Below, piece after piece: positions 27,133 to 40,288 of a DNA stretch of 64,000 nt (the first letter of the stretch is position 1; each line of letters begins with the position of its first letter). The notes under the pieces are model-generated. The model saw only the letters and a list, made by a program, of their open reading frames with translations. It did no database searches and was not told the origin of the DNA. Made by a program: the position numbers and the translations under genes. The stretch comes from Tubulanus polymorphus (Eukaryota; Animalia; Nemertea): positions 11,451,563-11,515,562 of the forward strand of contig NC_134036.1 of NCBI RefSeq assembly GCF_964204645.1, given 5' to 3'.

Positions 27133-27819
27133 CAGGGACACGTGGAACAAATTACTGTAAAACTGGGCCCTTAATAGAAACCATATATTTGTCGAACTGG
27201 GAGCAGCTTCAAACCCTCAAGAGTGTGAAATTGGATTTATTGACAGATTAAATCACGTCAATTGTAATCTATGTTACTATAGAGTTGCGATTGACGACTG
27301 TATTAACTCCTTGGGCTGACGAATATTGGGTCTTACATTGATTCAATGTGATGGATTGTGAGGTGAGTTCAATGAAAAAAAGAAAAAGAAAATTTTTTGG
27401 GCTCAATGCTCAGAACAAAACCTTAATTACCCATTTATATAGGCTGAAATGGTAATGCTAAATGTGAAATAGTCTTAAGATTGAAATATATAATGACTGA
27501 GTTGGTTCGGACATTTCCAAGTAGGTTTGTAGAGGTCCAACTCAGCGTGACCGATGTCCTCCGATGACAGCGACAGACAAAGAACAACTACAACACAAGA
27601 TGGCCAGACATCGTACCAACTTTATTATCGAAAGCGTCGACCACGCACGCCATGTACCCGGAAGTACTCAACATCAATACAACTTTATTACAATTGACCT
27701 ATTACAACGATAGATGGCGCTTGTATGTAATCAAGCCCACTACATACCCCTCTCCTAAGATCTGGCTCTATTAAAGACAGAGATGACCAAATAAACTACA
27801 ACTGTGTACTCAAAACAAC

Positions 27820-30800
27820 TATTAATAAAACAACTTCAACTTGTCAGCATGCCAAGTCTCAAGACCACGACCAGTTCGAATTCTAAAATCTACACTACCA
27901 ACTCTTTCTTCAACAACTTATGGACCCTTCCACTTAGGAGCTAATTTTGATGCAAAATTCTTTGAAGCATCTGACAAAAAATGAGTCTTAACTTACACCT
28001 TGTCACCCACTTTAATATCTACATTTCGACGTTTCTTATCATAGCCTTGTTTTCTTAACTGAGCTTGGGCTGACATTCGCGAAATAGCTAACTTTACACG
28101 CTTCCGGTCTGCGGCAACTTTATATTTACAAAAACGCTTCAAGGACTCAGCGACCGGAACTAAAGCTGGATCCTTACGATTAACACGATTAATAACAGGA
28201 TGAAACAACTCTCGAGACAGAGCGAGCACCGCCGGACTATATCCGGTACTGTTATTTTCAACGGAGTTGATCGCGAACCTAAACTCTGCTAAGTGCACGT
28301 CCCAACCCCTACGATCACTCCCATTCTCCCAAACTGAACAGGATAACATAGATTTCAAATCTCGATTAAGCCTTCCCACCCAATTACACTGAGGGTGGTA
28401 CGGTGTACAGTGGATTAACGATACTCCCCAATGACTACACGCAGCCTTCAAAAACTTCGAAACAAACTGGGAACCGTTGTCAGTTAACAACCGTGATGGT
28501 GGACCGAACCTGGTAAACACATCCCTCACGAGACATATGGCTACTTCTTTCCCAGTTGCTCTTTTTTAAGGGAAAAACTCGACCCACTTAGAGAAATGAT
28601 CTCGTGCAAGTAAAATATATTTATGACCTGAATATGACTCCGGCAAGGGACCGACGAGATCAGCCACCACCAATTCCCAGGGCGAGTTTGAAACTACAGA
28701 CTCCATAAACCCAGCAGGTTTTCTATACTGAGGCTTAATTTTTCGACAAACCTCGCGGCCTCTGACATAATTACGTATATCTTGTCCTACACCGATCCAA
28801 TAGAAAAACTTGAGAACTCTCAACATTGTCTTTTTTCTACCGAAATGACCAGCCGTGGGGCAATCATGCATCTCCCTCACTACATGATACCTCAAAATAT
28901 CAGGTACTACAACTTGTCTACCTGACTCCGTTATTCTATAAAGATATTGCTCAAAAACAGTTTTTGGAAAAATTCTTCAGCTTAGGAGATGCATGGTCGC
29001 CCTCACCATCTTGCAAATACTTTATGACCGAGCCCAAAAAAGGATCATCCAGTTGTAGCTGGGCTAACTGATCCATTCCAGCAATTGGAAGATCAATAAT
29101 AGGAAGTGGGACCCGATCCAGAGGATCAGCATCTCGTTTCTCGAGAAGACAATTCTTGCAATTAAAATCTAAATTCTCGGCCTACTCTGGATCGACTCCT
29201 ACACAAACATCATAATACCAATATTTACAAACATCGCACTGGATCCAATCTATCAAATCTAAGGTAGGTTTAATACAATTATTGTCCTGACAAATATCAT
29301 CACCGAATTCTACATTAATAACACCAACCGACAAAACCGGATCGAACCTAGGATCCCTACTTAACGCATCAGGCACGACGTGGAGTTTTCCTTTTCTATA
29401 CCTTATTTCGAAATCGAAATCCTGAACACGCAGTACCCAACGATAAAGCCGGGGCGATAAATTAGTCTTTGTAGTGAAAATCCACGTCAACGCCTGATGG
29501 TCAGTTACAACAGTAATGTGTCGCCCTTCAACTAGGGGTCGCCACTTTTCTAAGGCCCAAACGACCGCTAATATTTCTCTTTCTGTCGTACTATAGTTGC
29601 GCTCGGCAGAATTTTATGTTCTACTACTAAAACCGATTGGCTTAAGGACTCCATCTTGAACCTGGTTCAGAGAAGCACCCAGACCCACCCCACTCGCATC
29701 AGTATGTAATTCAAAATCAGCATCCGGATCCGGATGAGTTAAGCAAGGGGCGGAGCAGATAAGGTCCTTAAGCCTGAGAAATGCACCTTCGCATTCAGTT
29801 GACCAACACCAACTAATTTCCTTTCTACGTAACTGAAAAAGCGGTTCAGCTATGGTGGAACAATTTGGAATAAATTTGGAAAACCAACCCACCATTCCAA
29901 GGAAACGATCTAACTGTCGACGATTCGTAGGAGCAGTATATTCCACGATAGCCTGAACCTTTTCCGGCCCAGCGGAAATACCGATTTCAGATACCCCGTG
30001 ACTACATACACTGTATCGGTCACAAAAAAATCTACTCTTTTCTAGACTTGCAGTAAGACCTGCCTCTCTCATACATTGTAACACTATTCTTAAATGCTCA
30101 AAGTGCTCCTCCCATGCGAGGGAATAAATAATGATGTCGTCAAATTCGACCTCGCAAAATTTTCCGAGGCACCCGTGCTTTCTCAAAACCTTTTCCATGA
30201 GGCGCTGGAAGGTGGCAGGTCCATTTTTTACACCAAGGGGTAATACCTTGAATTGATACAGGTTCTCCCCCAAGGAGAAAGCGGTTAACTCTCTGTCTTC
30301 TTTCCGTAATGGCACCTGCCAAAATCCAGACTTCATGTCAAGCTTTGAGAAAACCCGGGCACCGTGCAAACGCGAAAGAATATCGTCGAGCTTTTTCATC
30401 GGATACGCATCCAATTTAGTTTTCGCATTTAACTTTCGGTAGTCGACGCACATACGAAATTTTCCGTTAGGTTTCGGAACGATAACGATCGGACTCCGCC
30501 ATGGTGATTTAGATTCTTCAATTACGCCGCTGCGTAACATTTCCGGAATCTGTTCTTCGGCTGCTCGACGTTTCGCAGGAGACAGATTATACGGTTTCTG
30601 CCTGACCGGGGTGTTGTCGTCCAAAACGATCTCGTGTTGTAAGACACGAGTTCTTCCCGGAGAATCGCTAATAACGTCAGGAAATTCGCTCAATATCGCT
30701 TCAACGGCCTCGTGGCATTCAACGTCGGTAAACGGCTCAGCATCACGCGAATTCACGTCGGGCTGTTGATCCTCGAACTCGAGTTGTTGGGAACGACGAA

Positions 30801-31959
30801 TCTCAGTACCCAACAACGGCCACTTAATAACAGGGCGAGATGTGGAGATCCAATAATCTCCTGCGGCGAAATCCACCGTCAATCCAGCTCTGTAGATAAA
30901 GTCTCTGCCAATCAAAACCGGAGTTGACATCGACTCCACGACGACACATTCCACACTCAGCGTCAGGCCACAGCAACCAATGTCGAGCATGACGACACCC
31001 GACGGCGAGAAGGTGGAACCTTCAAACCATTGCAGAATGGTTTCGTTACGTTTCACTGGCTTTACGCACAGTTTTTTACACAAATCTTCGGTTACTAACG
31101 TTACCGAAGCACCCGAATCCACCAAACCATGCATTGTCGAAGTATTAACTTGAAGTTCGATTAATGGCCCTGGATCGGAAAACGACTTGTCCGGAACAAA
31201 TTCACGCGCGTTCGCTCTTAAGGACGACGGACGATTCCCTCCAACGGTAACAAATTTTACCTCTTTGCGAACTGTTTCATCACGACGATTCGGTTCGTGA
31301 CGATTTCGTTCACTACGTTTCGGGCAATCACGACGTTTGTGCCCTAATTCACCGCAGTTGTAGCACGCATCGTTGTAACGATGAGAAACGCTAGGTCGTT
31401 TCTCCCAGCTACCCTGACGATCTCGATCTCTCGACGGTTTGTGTTCGAATTTCGAATCGAACCTTTTCCCTTCAATTTCCTTCTCCTCGCGAAGTAATTT
31501 CTTTTGAGTTGCGTAATCGTCAGCGAACATAGCGAGTTCACTCAATTCATCTCGCTCTGAAAGTTTCATTCGAAGAGTTTCATCTTGAAGATTGGACAAA
31601 AACTGATCGGAAACAAGTCTATCCTGAATTCTGACATATTCCGAATTTTCCAGTAGCGAATCTGACGGCGTCAACCAATATCTGGCATATTCTTCCAATC
31701 GCGCAACGAAATCTACGAACGTTTCGGAGTGACTTTTCGTTTCTCTACGGAACTTCAGACGATACGCGGATGGTGTCAGTCGATATCTGACAAATATCGC
31801 ATCCTTCACAGTTTTGTATACCTTTCTATCAGCATCAGCTCTCGAAAAATACGCCTGCTGCGCCGGACCGGTCAGATACGGTTCCAACACGCTCGTTAAA
31901 TCGCTCGAGGCAATTCTGTATCTATTCGCCAAATTCTCAAATATACGGTCACTTTTCAA
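27820..31959 (-). pseudogene. gag-pol: Disrupted gag-pol: SCAN-like capsid, CCHC knuckle, PR, RT, RNase H, PHD, integrase
   Basis: YRLTPSAYRLKFR, CYNCGELGHKRRDC, LVDSGAS, CVDYRKLN, EFDD in place of YxDD, TDASGVG, WIQCDVC, HDCPTAGH, TDNGSQF, LAPKWKGP; several stops and frameshifts. Confidence 0.95.
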
Positions 31960-32429
31960 TAGTTGACTTTTAGAAACGATGCGTTTTGAGAGTAGCTGCT
32001 ATGGTAGGAGTTACTATCACTAAGTCACTGTTAACAGGCGGGTGGTTTTACAGTCACCTCTACTGCTAGTGTGCACTATCGAAACCAGATGTTTCAAAAT
32101 GGTCACTTTCCAATAGTAGACTCTTCGAAACAGCCACTATAGAAAACCAACCGAATTGAAAGGAATACTATTCCAGAGTGACTGTTTTGAAATGTATACT
32201 ACTGGAAAAGTAGCTGATATCGTTAATTGCTTATTGTTCTCAAGTGGCTACTAAGTAAAAGTAGACGTTTGGGCTCAATAGTGAGATAGACATGTTCTTG
32301 GATTCAGCCTTTCAAATGGTTCACCTCACGAAGGGTTGTGAGATAGTCGTTCGTGTAACGACGCAATCCGGAAGCAACTTCTTCCTTCCGTGACATCTTC
32401 AGCGACGCTGATGTCACCAACCGAACGAA

Positions 32430-32790
32430 ACAACGATTAAAAGCGCATAACCGTTTAAAAAGAACCAACGATTAAAGGGGTAATCATTAAAACATCACCG
32501 TTAAAACGAACCGACGATTATAAGGGTATAACCATCAAATCACGACAAATGTCACCGTTAAATCGAACCAACGATTAAAGGAGTAATCGTTAAAACATCA
32601 CCGTTAAAACGAACCGACGATTATAAGGGTATAACCATCAAATCACGACAAATGTCACCGTTAAAACGAACCAACGATTAAAGGAGTAATCGTTAAACAT
32701 CACCGTTAAAACGAACAGATGATTATAAGGGTATAACCATCAAATGTCAGCGTTAAAACGAACCAACGTTTGAAGGAGTAATCGTTAACG
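32430..32790. repeat. ~103-bp tandem repeat (about 3.3 copies) in the 5' leader of Gypsy 2
   Basis: AACGATTAAAGG.GTAATC.TTAAAACATCACCGTTAAAACGAACC repeats at ~32467, 32570 and 32673; the copies at ~32570 and ~32673 contain an AACGATTA..TAATCGTT hairpin. Confidence 0.85.
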
Positions 32791-33538
32791 AAAGGCGTGG
32801 CCAGTCCACGTGCGACTGAACTGGTCGTTTCGAAAACGCAAAAAAACCATGTCCACTTCGATAATTACCACGTTGGGCGCCAATTTTGTAGAGGTCCTTC
32901 TCAGCGTGACCGATGTCCTCCGATGACAGCGACAGACAAAGAACAACTACAACACACGATGACCAGACATCGTACCAACTTTATTATCGAAAGCGTCGAC
33001 CACGCACGCCATGTACCCGGAAGTACTCAACATCAATACAACTTTATTACAATTGACCTATTACAACGATAGATGGCGCTTGTATGTAATCAAGCCCACT
33101 ACAGGTTTGCCTTTAGCACACACATCTTTGGTATGAATTTGATTTTTTCATATTTCTTTTTGGCGGGCGGCGGGTTACGGGGCCTTCTGCTGAGGATGCG
33201 TAACTCAAGATGTGCCTTACATTCACTCGCACATATGGCTTATCAATTGCTAAAGGTCGAACTTGTGGGCTGAGAACTCATGGCAAATGCAAGCTAGCTC
33301 CCCAACTATATATCATATATTGAACGCATTCCATATTAAACCGCTTGCTGAAATTTGGTATCGAGTTACTTAAATTGTACCAGGATGTCATCATCGGGAA
33401 CATATGAGCAAATAGTGTAATGAAAGATATGAAATCAATACGACGTCCTTTCTATATTTATATTCATATTTGCATTCACACTCAGACGATCCATCACAAT
33501 AGCATCAGCACTGGTGATGAAACCTCAAGTAAGTAACG

Positions 33539-35908
33539 CGGTTCCTGAACTTCGCTGAAAAAGCTGAAACACTGAAAAGCTGAAACGCTGAAATAAAAAC
33601 GCTGAAATTTCAGGGAATTTCCGAAAAACGCCGAAATTTCAGGGAATTCCCGAAAAACGCTGAAATCGTGCTAGGTACCGACAATACACTTTTTGAAATG
33701 TTTTCCGGGCCGTCGTCCGCTGACGAGTCCTGAACCGTGTTTTATGCTCTACCTTCGGTTACAGAGACATGCCTTAAGGTCGTCGTCATGATCGACTTGA
33801 TCGATTGCGGATTGCGTGGATTGTTAGATGTGTTTTTTGCCATAGTTTTATGTGCATATACCGGTACGATCTAACAATGAAGTTATCACTTCATTTGAAT
33901 AAATTCTTAATCACAGTAATATTAATTCACAATATTTTTTCTTATGTTTGGTGATTTCTTGCAACTTATCATTGCCAAGTCTCATACAAGTAGTAGCTGA
34001 ATGAAAGTACAGTTAGGCTGAACCTGATAACCCAAATTAAGTGCTAGCATGGAACTAATGATTATTTTGATTCTATTTTCGGTGTCATTGAAATTCGTTA
34101 ATAAAGGTTCAACCGTCATAGTATACTGTACTTAGCATTGCTACAATTGGGTGCCATATTTCTACAATTTCTACAAGGAGGAAGGAATCTTTAAGTGTCT
34201 TTGTTCCCGGGTGGGGTACGGGGTAAAACCTGGTTTACTTTCGACTTGCCGGAGACTACTATCTGCAATGTATTGCATGCTTTGATGTGTCTGGCCTATA
34301 GGAGTCGACCGATATTTTTTCCCATACACAGGCATGGCTTTAGTGTAGATGAAGGCTAGGCACTGCACATTGTGGATTGACTGGAACTCTTAACTCACAA
34401 AATTAAACGAGTCAACAAGAAAGATCCAATAATTGGACATTTGTCTAACTATATTATTTAACAGCTTGAAATAATACATAACACATTCTGCAAGAGTATA
34501 CAAAGGAAATCAGTTCTTACATTATATCAGAATCAATAGTTCGCTTAACTCTGGCTAGAATTCTGGTTCCATTGCTTCATATTCTAATGAAATCCACTAG
34601 TATACCTTAGAATATCGCTTAGCTTAAGACTAAAAATTTGGTACCAGGAAACAGGGAAGAAAAGTGGGTGTACTGTACATCCGCAATTGACTTATTTCTC
34701 TCTGGTTGAATCAAGTTATTATTGAAATAGCATTCGAATAGCCATTTTATTTTTAAAAATTGTGTCGTTCAGCTATCCTGCTGCAAATTTCGCAGTTGAA
34801 GTTTACTGGTGCCATCTGATTTCTCAGTATCTCAAAAAATTTGCACATTCTAAGCCTGAATCTAAAAATAGAAAAAGGTGCATTTTAGTCGGATATAAAA
34901 GAATAGTGGCTAATACACCCTGGACTATATAGCCTATGGGGTGGGCCTAGTTTGAAAGCACTGAGGTCCGAGAGAACAGCACTTAGTAAATAAATACTGA
35001 AATTAAACTTACAAAACACCCAGTACTTGAGATGATGTACTTGACAAGAAGTGTCACCAGCTAAGCAAATCAACTTTGTCTATGACTCCTCCTTTTATAG
35101 ATTCAGTAGTAGTCTAAAAATAAGAATGGGTTCATTTTTCTAACAGTTGGTATGTCATTTCTTCAAAAAAACTAATTATTATCACGCCACAGCAAATAAA
35201 TTATTCACAGTTGTTGAATGGTTAGCCCGATTTAGATTAATTGGTTGACGCTAATCAGTATGACCCATACGTAGGGGCCTACTGCATGCCATTGGCGTCA
35301 ATCCATTCCATTCCATTCCACAGTGAATTAAAAAGAAATTTAGTTAGATCCCTTTTGTCCAAAAGCTGCATCATTTATATAACTAGCTGTCAAATTTAAT
35401 TTACCTCCTTCAGAGAATACCATAGTGACATAGTCCGTCGCCCATCAACGTGTTGACAAAAGCAAAGTTGCTCCATGTTTTATACATGAACGTTCAAATA
35501 AGATATTTTGCGTCTTGCAGGGAATATTGAGCATAGTGTTTAAGTTGGCTTGCACGGTTTGTGTATGGGTTTTCCTCATTATGCTGCCTGTATGCATTAA
35601 AAATCCGGATTTCAAGCGAATTAATTTGTCCAACAAGTGGCCCTCTAGAAGTATACTCCACACATACTGTCCATGCGTGTCTCTGTAACCGAAGGTAGAG
35701 ACTAAAACACGGTTCAGGACTCGGCAGCGGACACCGGCCCGGAAAATATTTCAAAACGTGTATTGTTGGTACCTAGCACGATTTCAGCGTTTTTCGGGAA
35801 TTCCCTGAAATTTCGGCGTTTTTCGGAAATTCCCTGAAATTTCAGCGTTTTTATTTCAGCGTTTCAGCGTTTCAGTGATTCAGCTTTTTCAGCGAAGTTC
35901 AGGAACCG
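33539..35908. mobile_element. Non-autonomous TIR transposon, Mutator/MuDR-like (or Merlin) by TSD length
   Basis: ~150-bp TIRs starting CGGTTCCTGAACTTCGCTGAAAA, built from GCTGAAA sub-repeats; exact 9-bp TSD TAAGTAACG; no transposase ORF. Confidence 0.88.
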
Positions 35909-36539
35909 TAAGTAACGGATGGGGTGGTAACAATAGCTAGACATGCAATCATAAATGGTGCATTTAATAGGAATATTGTATATCGTATGGTATTTTGGTC
36001 AAATGACAATTTATACAATATAGTGTATATGATTTCTTAGATTAGAACAAATCTCATATTGTGTTACCTACAATATAAAACAGCGTATTTCAAATCAATG
36101 GCTTCTCGCTATATGGGTAAGAAAATAAAACTCTTTTTGACAAACATACGCTGGGACATTTGAGTTGGCTGATTGGAAAATAGTTTAGAAAATTAATGAA
36201 CTCGAAATGAACATTTCATTTTCGGTCATTTAATCATGCTCCGTTTCCTAAGGGTTTCGGCGTAAGGGTATTACATCGTTTCTTATCGTAACGATACTTC
36301 ATCCATCCCCCCTCAGTATTTGAGTCGGGAAGCCTTAGAGGCGCTAGTTTATTGCAGTCACCTGGGTCCAGTTCCACGGTTCGGAGTTATGATTTGACCC
36401 TGAGTTAATTCATTGAAAATGAACTAATTTTAACTCAGAGTTAACTCCAACTCACAACTGTGGAACTTGGTCGTGGGCGATAGTACGGTATATATTGTTT
36501 TTGCAATCACACCTTGCAACCACGACGTTGCATTACATC

Positions 36540-37460
36540 AGTTCAACGTAAATTTTGTAATGAGTTTTGTTAAGCTTACATTAAAATTTCCATCATATAG
36601 AATCTAGAAAGGCTTGGTTTATATGACTGCACTAGGTGGCATAATTGACACGTCGTTAAACAATTTGCCGTTAGATCAAAGTCAGTATAGTTATATCTAG
36701 TCACTTGTTGCATTGAAAGCGGCTTTCGGCTCGATGAACAATCATCGTACCAGTCACCTGTTACACTCGAGGTTCATGAAACTGAAAATTCTGTGCGTGA
36801 ACTATCATCCTGAATTGATGAGCAAATACTTGTCTACCAGTCACCTGTTGCACTTGAGGTTGTGGTTACTGAAATTTCAGCTCGCTGAACAATCATTGTT
36901 AATCGATGAGCAGATGAGCAAAATACGTGAATTCCACGGACTGACGGAATCAATACTGATTCTTAACTATGGAACTTGAAAGGTTTCTGGAATTTATCAA
37001 ATTAAAATGCCCGATTGATCTTGATGTTGAGGCGCACATGAGCAGCGAGTAAAACTGAAATACATGTATCAAACTTCTAACAGCGTCGTCGTCGTCGTCG
37101 ATATCAATGCATACTCGAAATTTAATTGCAAGTTCACCTAACCTTTATTGTACCTTTTGTGCGATTGTATAAATAGGTATACATTCCATACGAATTCCTT
37201 TTAGGAGGGGTTTCAGGCTGTCTGGCGCCTTTGCATATGCAACTTAGTTTTGGCTTCAGTAACCTTCCTATAAATAGCAATTACATGTAGAACAACAACT
37301 TTAGTAAACGGAATCAAAAACGCAACACGTGACTAAATATTTTTTTGCTGAAATCTATGCAACGGTTAATTGTTCGATGACGTGTCACTGATCATACCGT
37401 CTAGTATTTCTAGTATAATCCAAGATTTCAAAAGATGGATATTTTAAATTCTGCATAAAA
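36540..37460 (+). repeat. Dispersed diverged duplication (homolog at ~59620-60300) with an internal ~87-bp tandem unit
   Basis: AGCTTACATTAAA.TTTCCA.CA..TAGAATCTAGAAA and GAGCAAATAC.TGTCTACCAGTCAC.TGTTGC are shared with the 59640-60010 region. Confidence 0.7.
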
Positions 37461-37980
37461 TTCATGACCCATTTCTGTTTTATAACAGTGGTTAGGTGAT
37501 CTCCAAATTTCAATCAATCATTGCAGAACGCAACGATAATGCAAACTGGGGAATTTATTTCAATCAAACGTGCTTTAATGACAAAAAAATCAATTTCAAT
37601 GGTTATCTGTAATACAAACATACATCTAAACAATACATATAAAAGCTCATCATACATGAAAACAAGATAAGACACAGAATGCCAGAGATACCGCAGAATG
37701 TCACCTGACTATAAAATGTTCAGTGAATGCCATTCAATGGACTTCAAATCTAATGTAACAAACCAATATTCACAAAATTAGTCATTGCTTTTATCATCAC
37801 TAAAATGGTGATACTAATTTCGACGAAACCAGTTTCATTATTACGGCATTCGAACCAGCAATAAAAACAATCCGTAATCGCTGCTTCGCACGACGAGTAT
37901 TGTAAGCTTTTGTTTTGTCTGAAGCAGACTTATTCTAAACCTGGCACGTGATCTGACAAAAATTCATTCCCTGAAAGCCA

Positions 37981-37987
37981 TATAAAA
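37981..37987 (+). promoter_or_regulatory. Candidate TATA box of knottin gene 1
   Basis: TATAAAA 80 bp upstream of the ATG at 38061. Confidence 0.35.
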
Positions 37988-38060
37988 TGACTTTTTGTAT
38001 GGCTATAATTTAGGATCTTCCGAAATTGCTAATATCTTTTCAATCGGATTCTAGACGGAA

Positions 38061-38586
38061 ATGCTTGCAAATCTGATTTATCGTATATGTGCTATTATTG
38101 TGATTGTGGTCAACGCTGCGCCATTTGCAGAGTCAGTAGTTGGTGAGTAACATGATACATAATTTCAAAATAGCTCGTGAATACTATAAATTTAAGTCGC
38201 ACTAAGCAGTTATTTACTGATTCAACAGATTAATTTTACGAGTTTCATTTCATAGATTGTATTATGTAATTTGTTATATTCTGACCAATATCAATCTAAT
38301 TGACACGCAATATTGTTTTTATACACACGAATTTCCCAAACTCGGCTTAGAGACGTTGTTGACGTGACAAGGGGTAGTTATGATGATCATTATCGTCGGC
38401 ATCGGTTCTACATCAGGGGAGGGGTTCAATTATTTCTTCTCTATAAGTAAAACATATGTTTCACTCCAAATTTTCATTTTGTTTCTTATGCTTTTAGCAA
38501 ATACCAGGTGTTGGGGAAAGCTTGTAGAATGTTTCTATAACGAGGACTGTTGCAGCAGCAAATGTAAAGGCCAATTTTGTTCATAA
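38061..38586 (+). CDS. Secreted ICK/knottin (conotoxin- or nemertide-like framework) peptide precursor 1, spliced
   Basis: Exon 38061-38142 (MLANLIYRICAIIVIVVNAAPFAESVV, phase-1 GTGAGT donor) joins exon 38498-38586 (TTTTAG acceptor) in frame: ANTRCWGKLVECFYNEDCCSSKCKGQFCS*; C-x6-C-x5-CC-x3-C-x4-C; AATAAA at 38736. Confidence 0.8.
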
Positions 38587-39331
38587 GCGTTTGGTGACAA
38601 TGGTTTATAATCGGATATAATTGTGGCAGTTTTGGAAATATCTGATTGTGAAACTCTCGGTGTAGGTTAGCAAAAAGCTCGAATTTAATTCATATTTTAA
38701 ACTCAATTGTAAAATCTCGTGTTGAAATAAGATTCAATAAAAGCGTCGGTAAATAAATCAAAGAACGTGTTTTCACCTGTTTAGGAATCGTGGATGAAGA
38801 TTGTAATGTGATCAATTATAGGATGCGCCGTGGGGAATCCTATTTCAAGGAAAAAATAATATGACCGTCACTGGTTTCTATAAATACATGCGCAGACTTA
38901 AGGAACAGAGAGTTGTCACTGAAGCAAGTTGCACACACTACTCGAGCAACTCATTGGTTCACAAAATATCCGAGTAGAATTGGTGTTCTCTTGGTTTAGG
39001 GGTTTTGAAGATTAGGTTCCTACATTTAGGTGAACGCTAGATAATTAGGTCTAATTCTAATCTAATTTATTTTTGGATTAAACTTTGAATCCAGCTCCAT
39101 ATTTTCGTGAGTTACATTTGACTCCGGATCCTGGTCCACAGTTCTGAGGCTCCGTCGGGCCCGTCGAAAGTTCAACGGAATACCTGGAACAATGACCCCG
39201 AGCCTCATTATCTAGGATCGCTTGTATATGCCAGTGCTAAAACGTGGCAGAGGGCAAAACGTATAGATTTACGATCTTTCGAATGCTGTGAACGAAGAAA
39301 ACAACTGTACCCCACTAAAAACGGTATTGCT

Positions 39332-39751
39332 TTGGATCTCCAAGAGTGGGTACATATAGATTATTGTAAAGCCGATATCGAACACGAAATTGCGCGCGTT
39401 AAAGAAGACATCGATTACGGGGGTGTTATGACCGTTGGTCGTTCGAACTTTATCAAAATATATAGATCTAGTCACGATTACCGTATTTACGTAGATATCC
39501 GAAAATACGATCTACACGATGAGCTTTTCGACGTAAATCCGACTAGATGCGGCGTAAAACTAACATTGGAACAACGGAACAAATTAAAAGACATTAATTT
39601 TACAGAAGATATATCCGAACTGGCTAACATCAGACCGTGCTGGTATGATTCGAGTCATTTGAATCAGGAATACAGGTGTCCGTACTGCACAAAAGACACA
39701 AGCGGGGTTAGAAAAACACTCGAATACGGGATAATGATAACCCAAGTATAA
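39332..39751 (+). CDS. PC4/Sub1-like ssDNA-binding protein with C-terminal Cys/His cluster (start codon uncertain)
   Basis: IYVDIRKY..NPTRCGVKLTLEQRNKL matches the PC4 motif; tail PCWYDSSHLNQEYRCPYC; AATAAA at 39811. Confidence 0.75.
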   Translation: MDLQEWVHIDYCKADIEHEIARVKEDIDYGGVMTVGRSNFIKIYRSSHDYRIYVDIRKYDLHDELFDVNPTRCGVKLTLEQRNKLKDINFTEDISELANIRPCWYDSSHLNQEYRCPYCTKDTSGVRKTLEYGIMITQV

Positions 39752-39928
39752 TTTCACAGATAATAATTAGATAATATTTATATAAGAGCTTATTAAAATG
39801 TTTAATACATAATAAACTTGCAATGGATATGATATTTCACATCTGTCTCATTTCATTCGGATTTACTCTATAATAATCTAGCATTTTGGTCTTTGCACAG
39901 ACCCTGGATACAATCATCAAAGAATGTA

Positions 39929-40161
39929 ATTAAGTAATTGAGCAACAAAAACCATTGACCCATCGTTAACATCTGCCATCTGAAATATCTGGTCAGCACC
40001 CCACATATGTAACGGAATATGCAGGATGAAAATTACGCAATTAAGTAATTGAGCAACAAAAACCATTGTCCCATCGTTAACATTTGCCATCTGAAATATC
40101 TGGTCAGCACCCCCATATGTAACGGAATATGCAGGATGAAAATTACGCAATTAAGTAATTG
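39929..40161. repeat. 110-bp tandem repeat (about 2.1 copies), part of a ~145-bp unit also found at 40834-40980
   Basis: AATTACGCAA at 40031 and 40141; TTCGGATTTACTCTATAATAATC at ~39856 and ~40834. Confidence 0.85.
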
Positions 40162-40288
40162 AAAAACCAAACCGAAAAGATAATTAAGTAGCAAAAAACC
40201 CATGATTTGTCCATTGAAAAAAACATCTGCAGCGTAGCTTTTTGCGTATAAAATACTCATCAGAAGATCTCGAAAATCCATAACCAAA

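Larger units (their letters stand above)
27528..33103 (-). mobile_element. Ty3/Gypsy LTR retrotransposon 2 (SCAN-like gag, PHD finger in pol, inactivated)
   Basis: 217-bp TG..CA LTRs 27528-27744 and 32887-33103 (4 mismatches); 4-bp TSD GGTT; tRNA-Lys PBS TGGCGCCCAACGTGG (~32868-32883, minus strand); PPT GGAGAGGGG next to 27744. Confidence 0.97.

Noticed and set aside
32430-32790. CRISPR-like array (also considered 39929-40161 and 62582-62800)
   Set aside because: Whole units repeat with no unique spacers, there are no cas genes, and the context is eukaryotic
38061-38586. Knottin as a viral conotoxin-like cargo gene of the adjacent Polinton
   Set aside because: It has a spliceosomal intron and a paralog well away from viral sequence; adjacency alone is not evidence
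38380-38586. The 68-aa unspliced ORF as the true precursor
   Set aside because: Its hydrophobic stretch is the translated polypyrimidine tract; the paralog supports the spliced model
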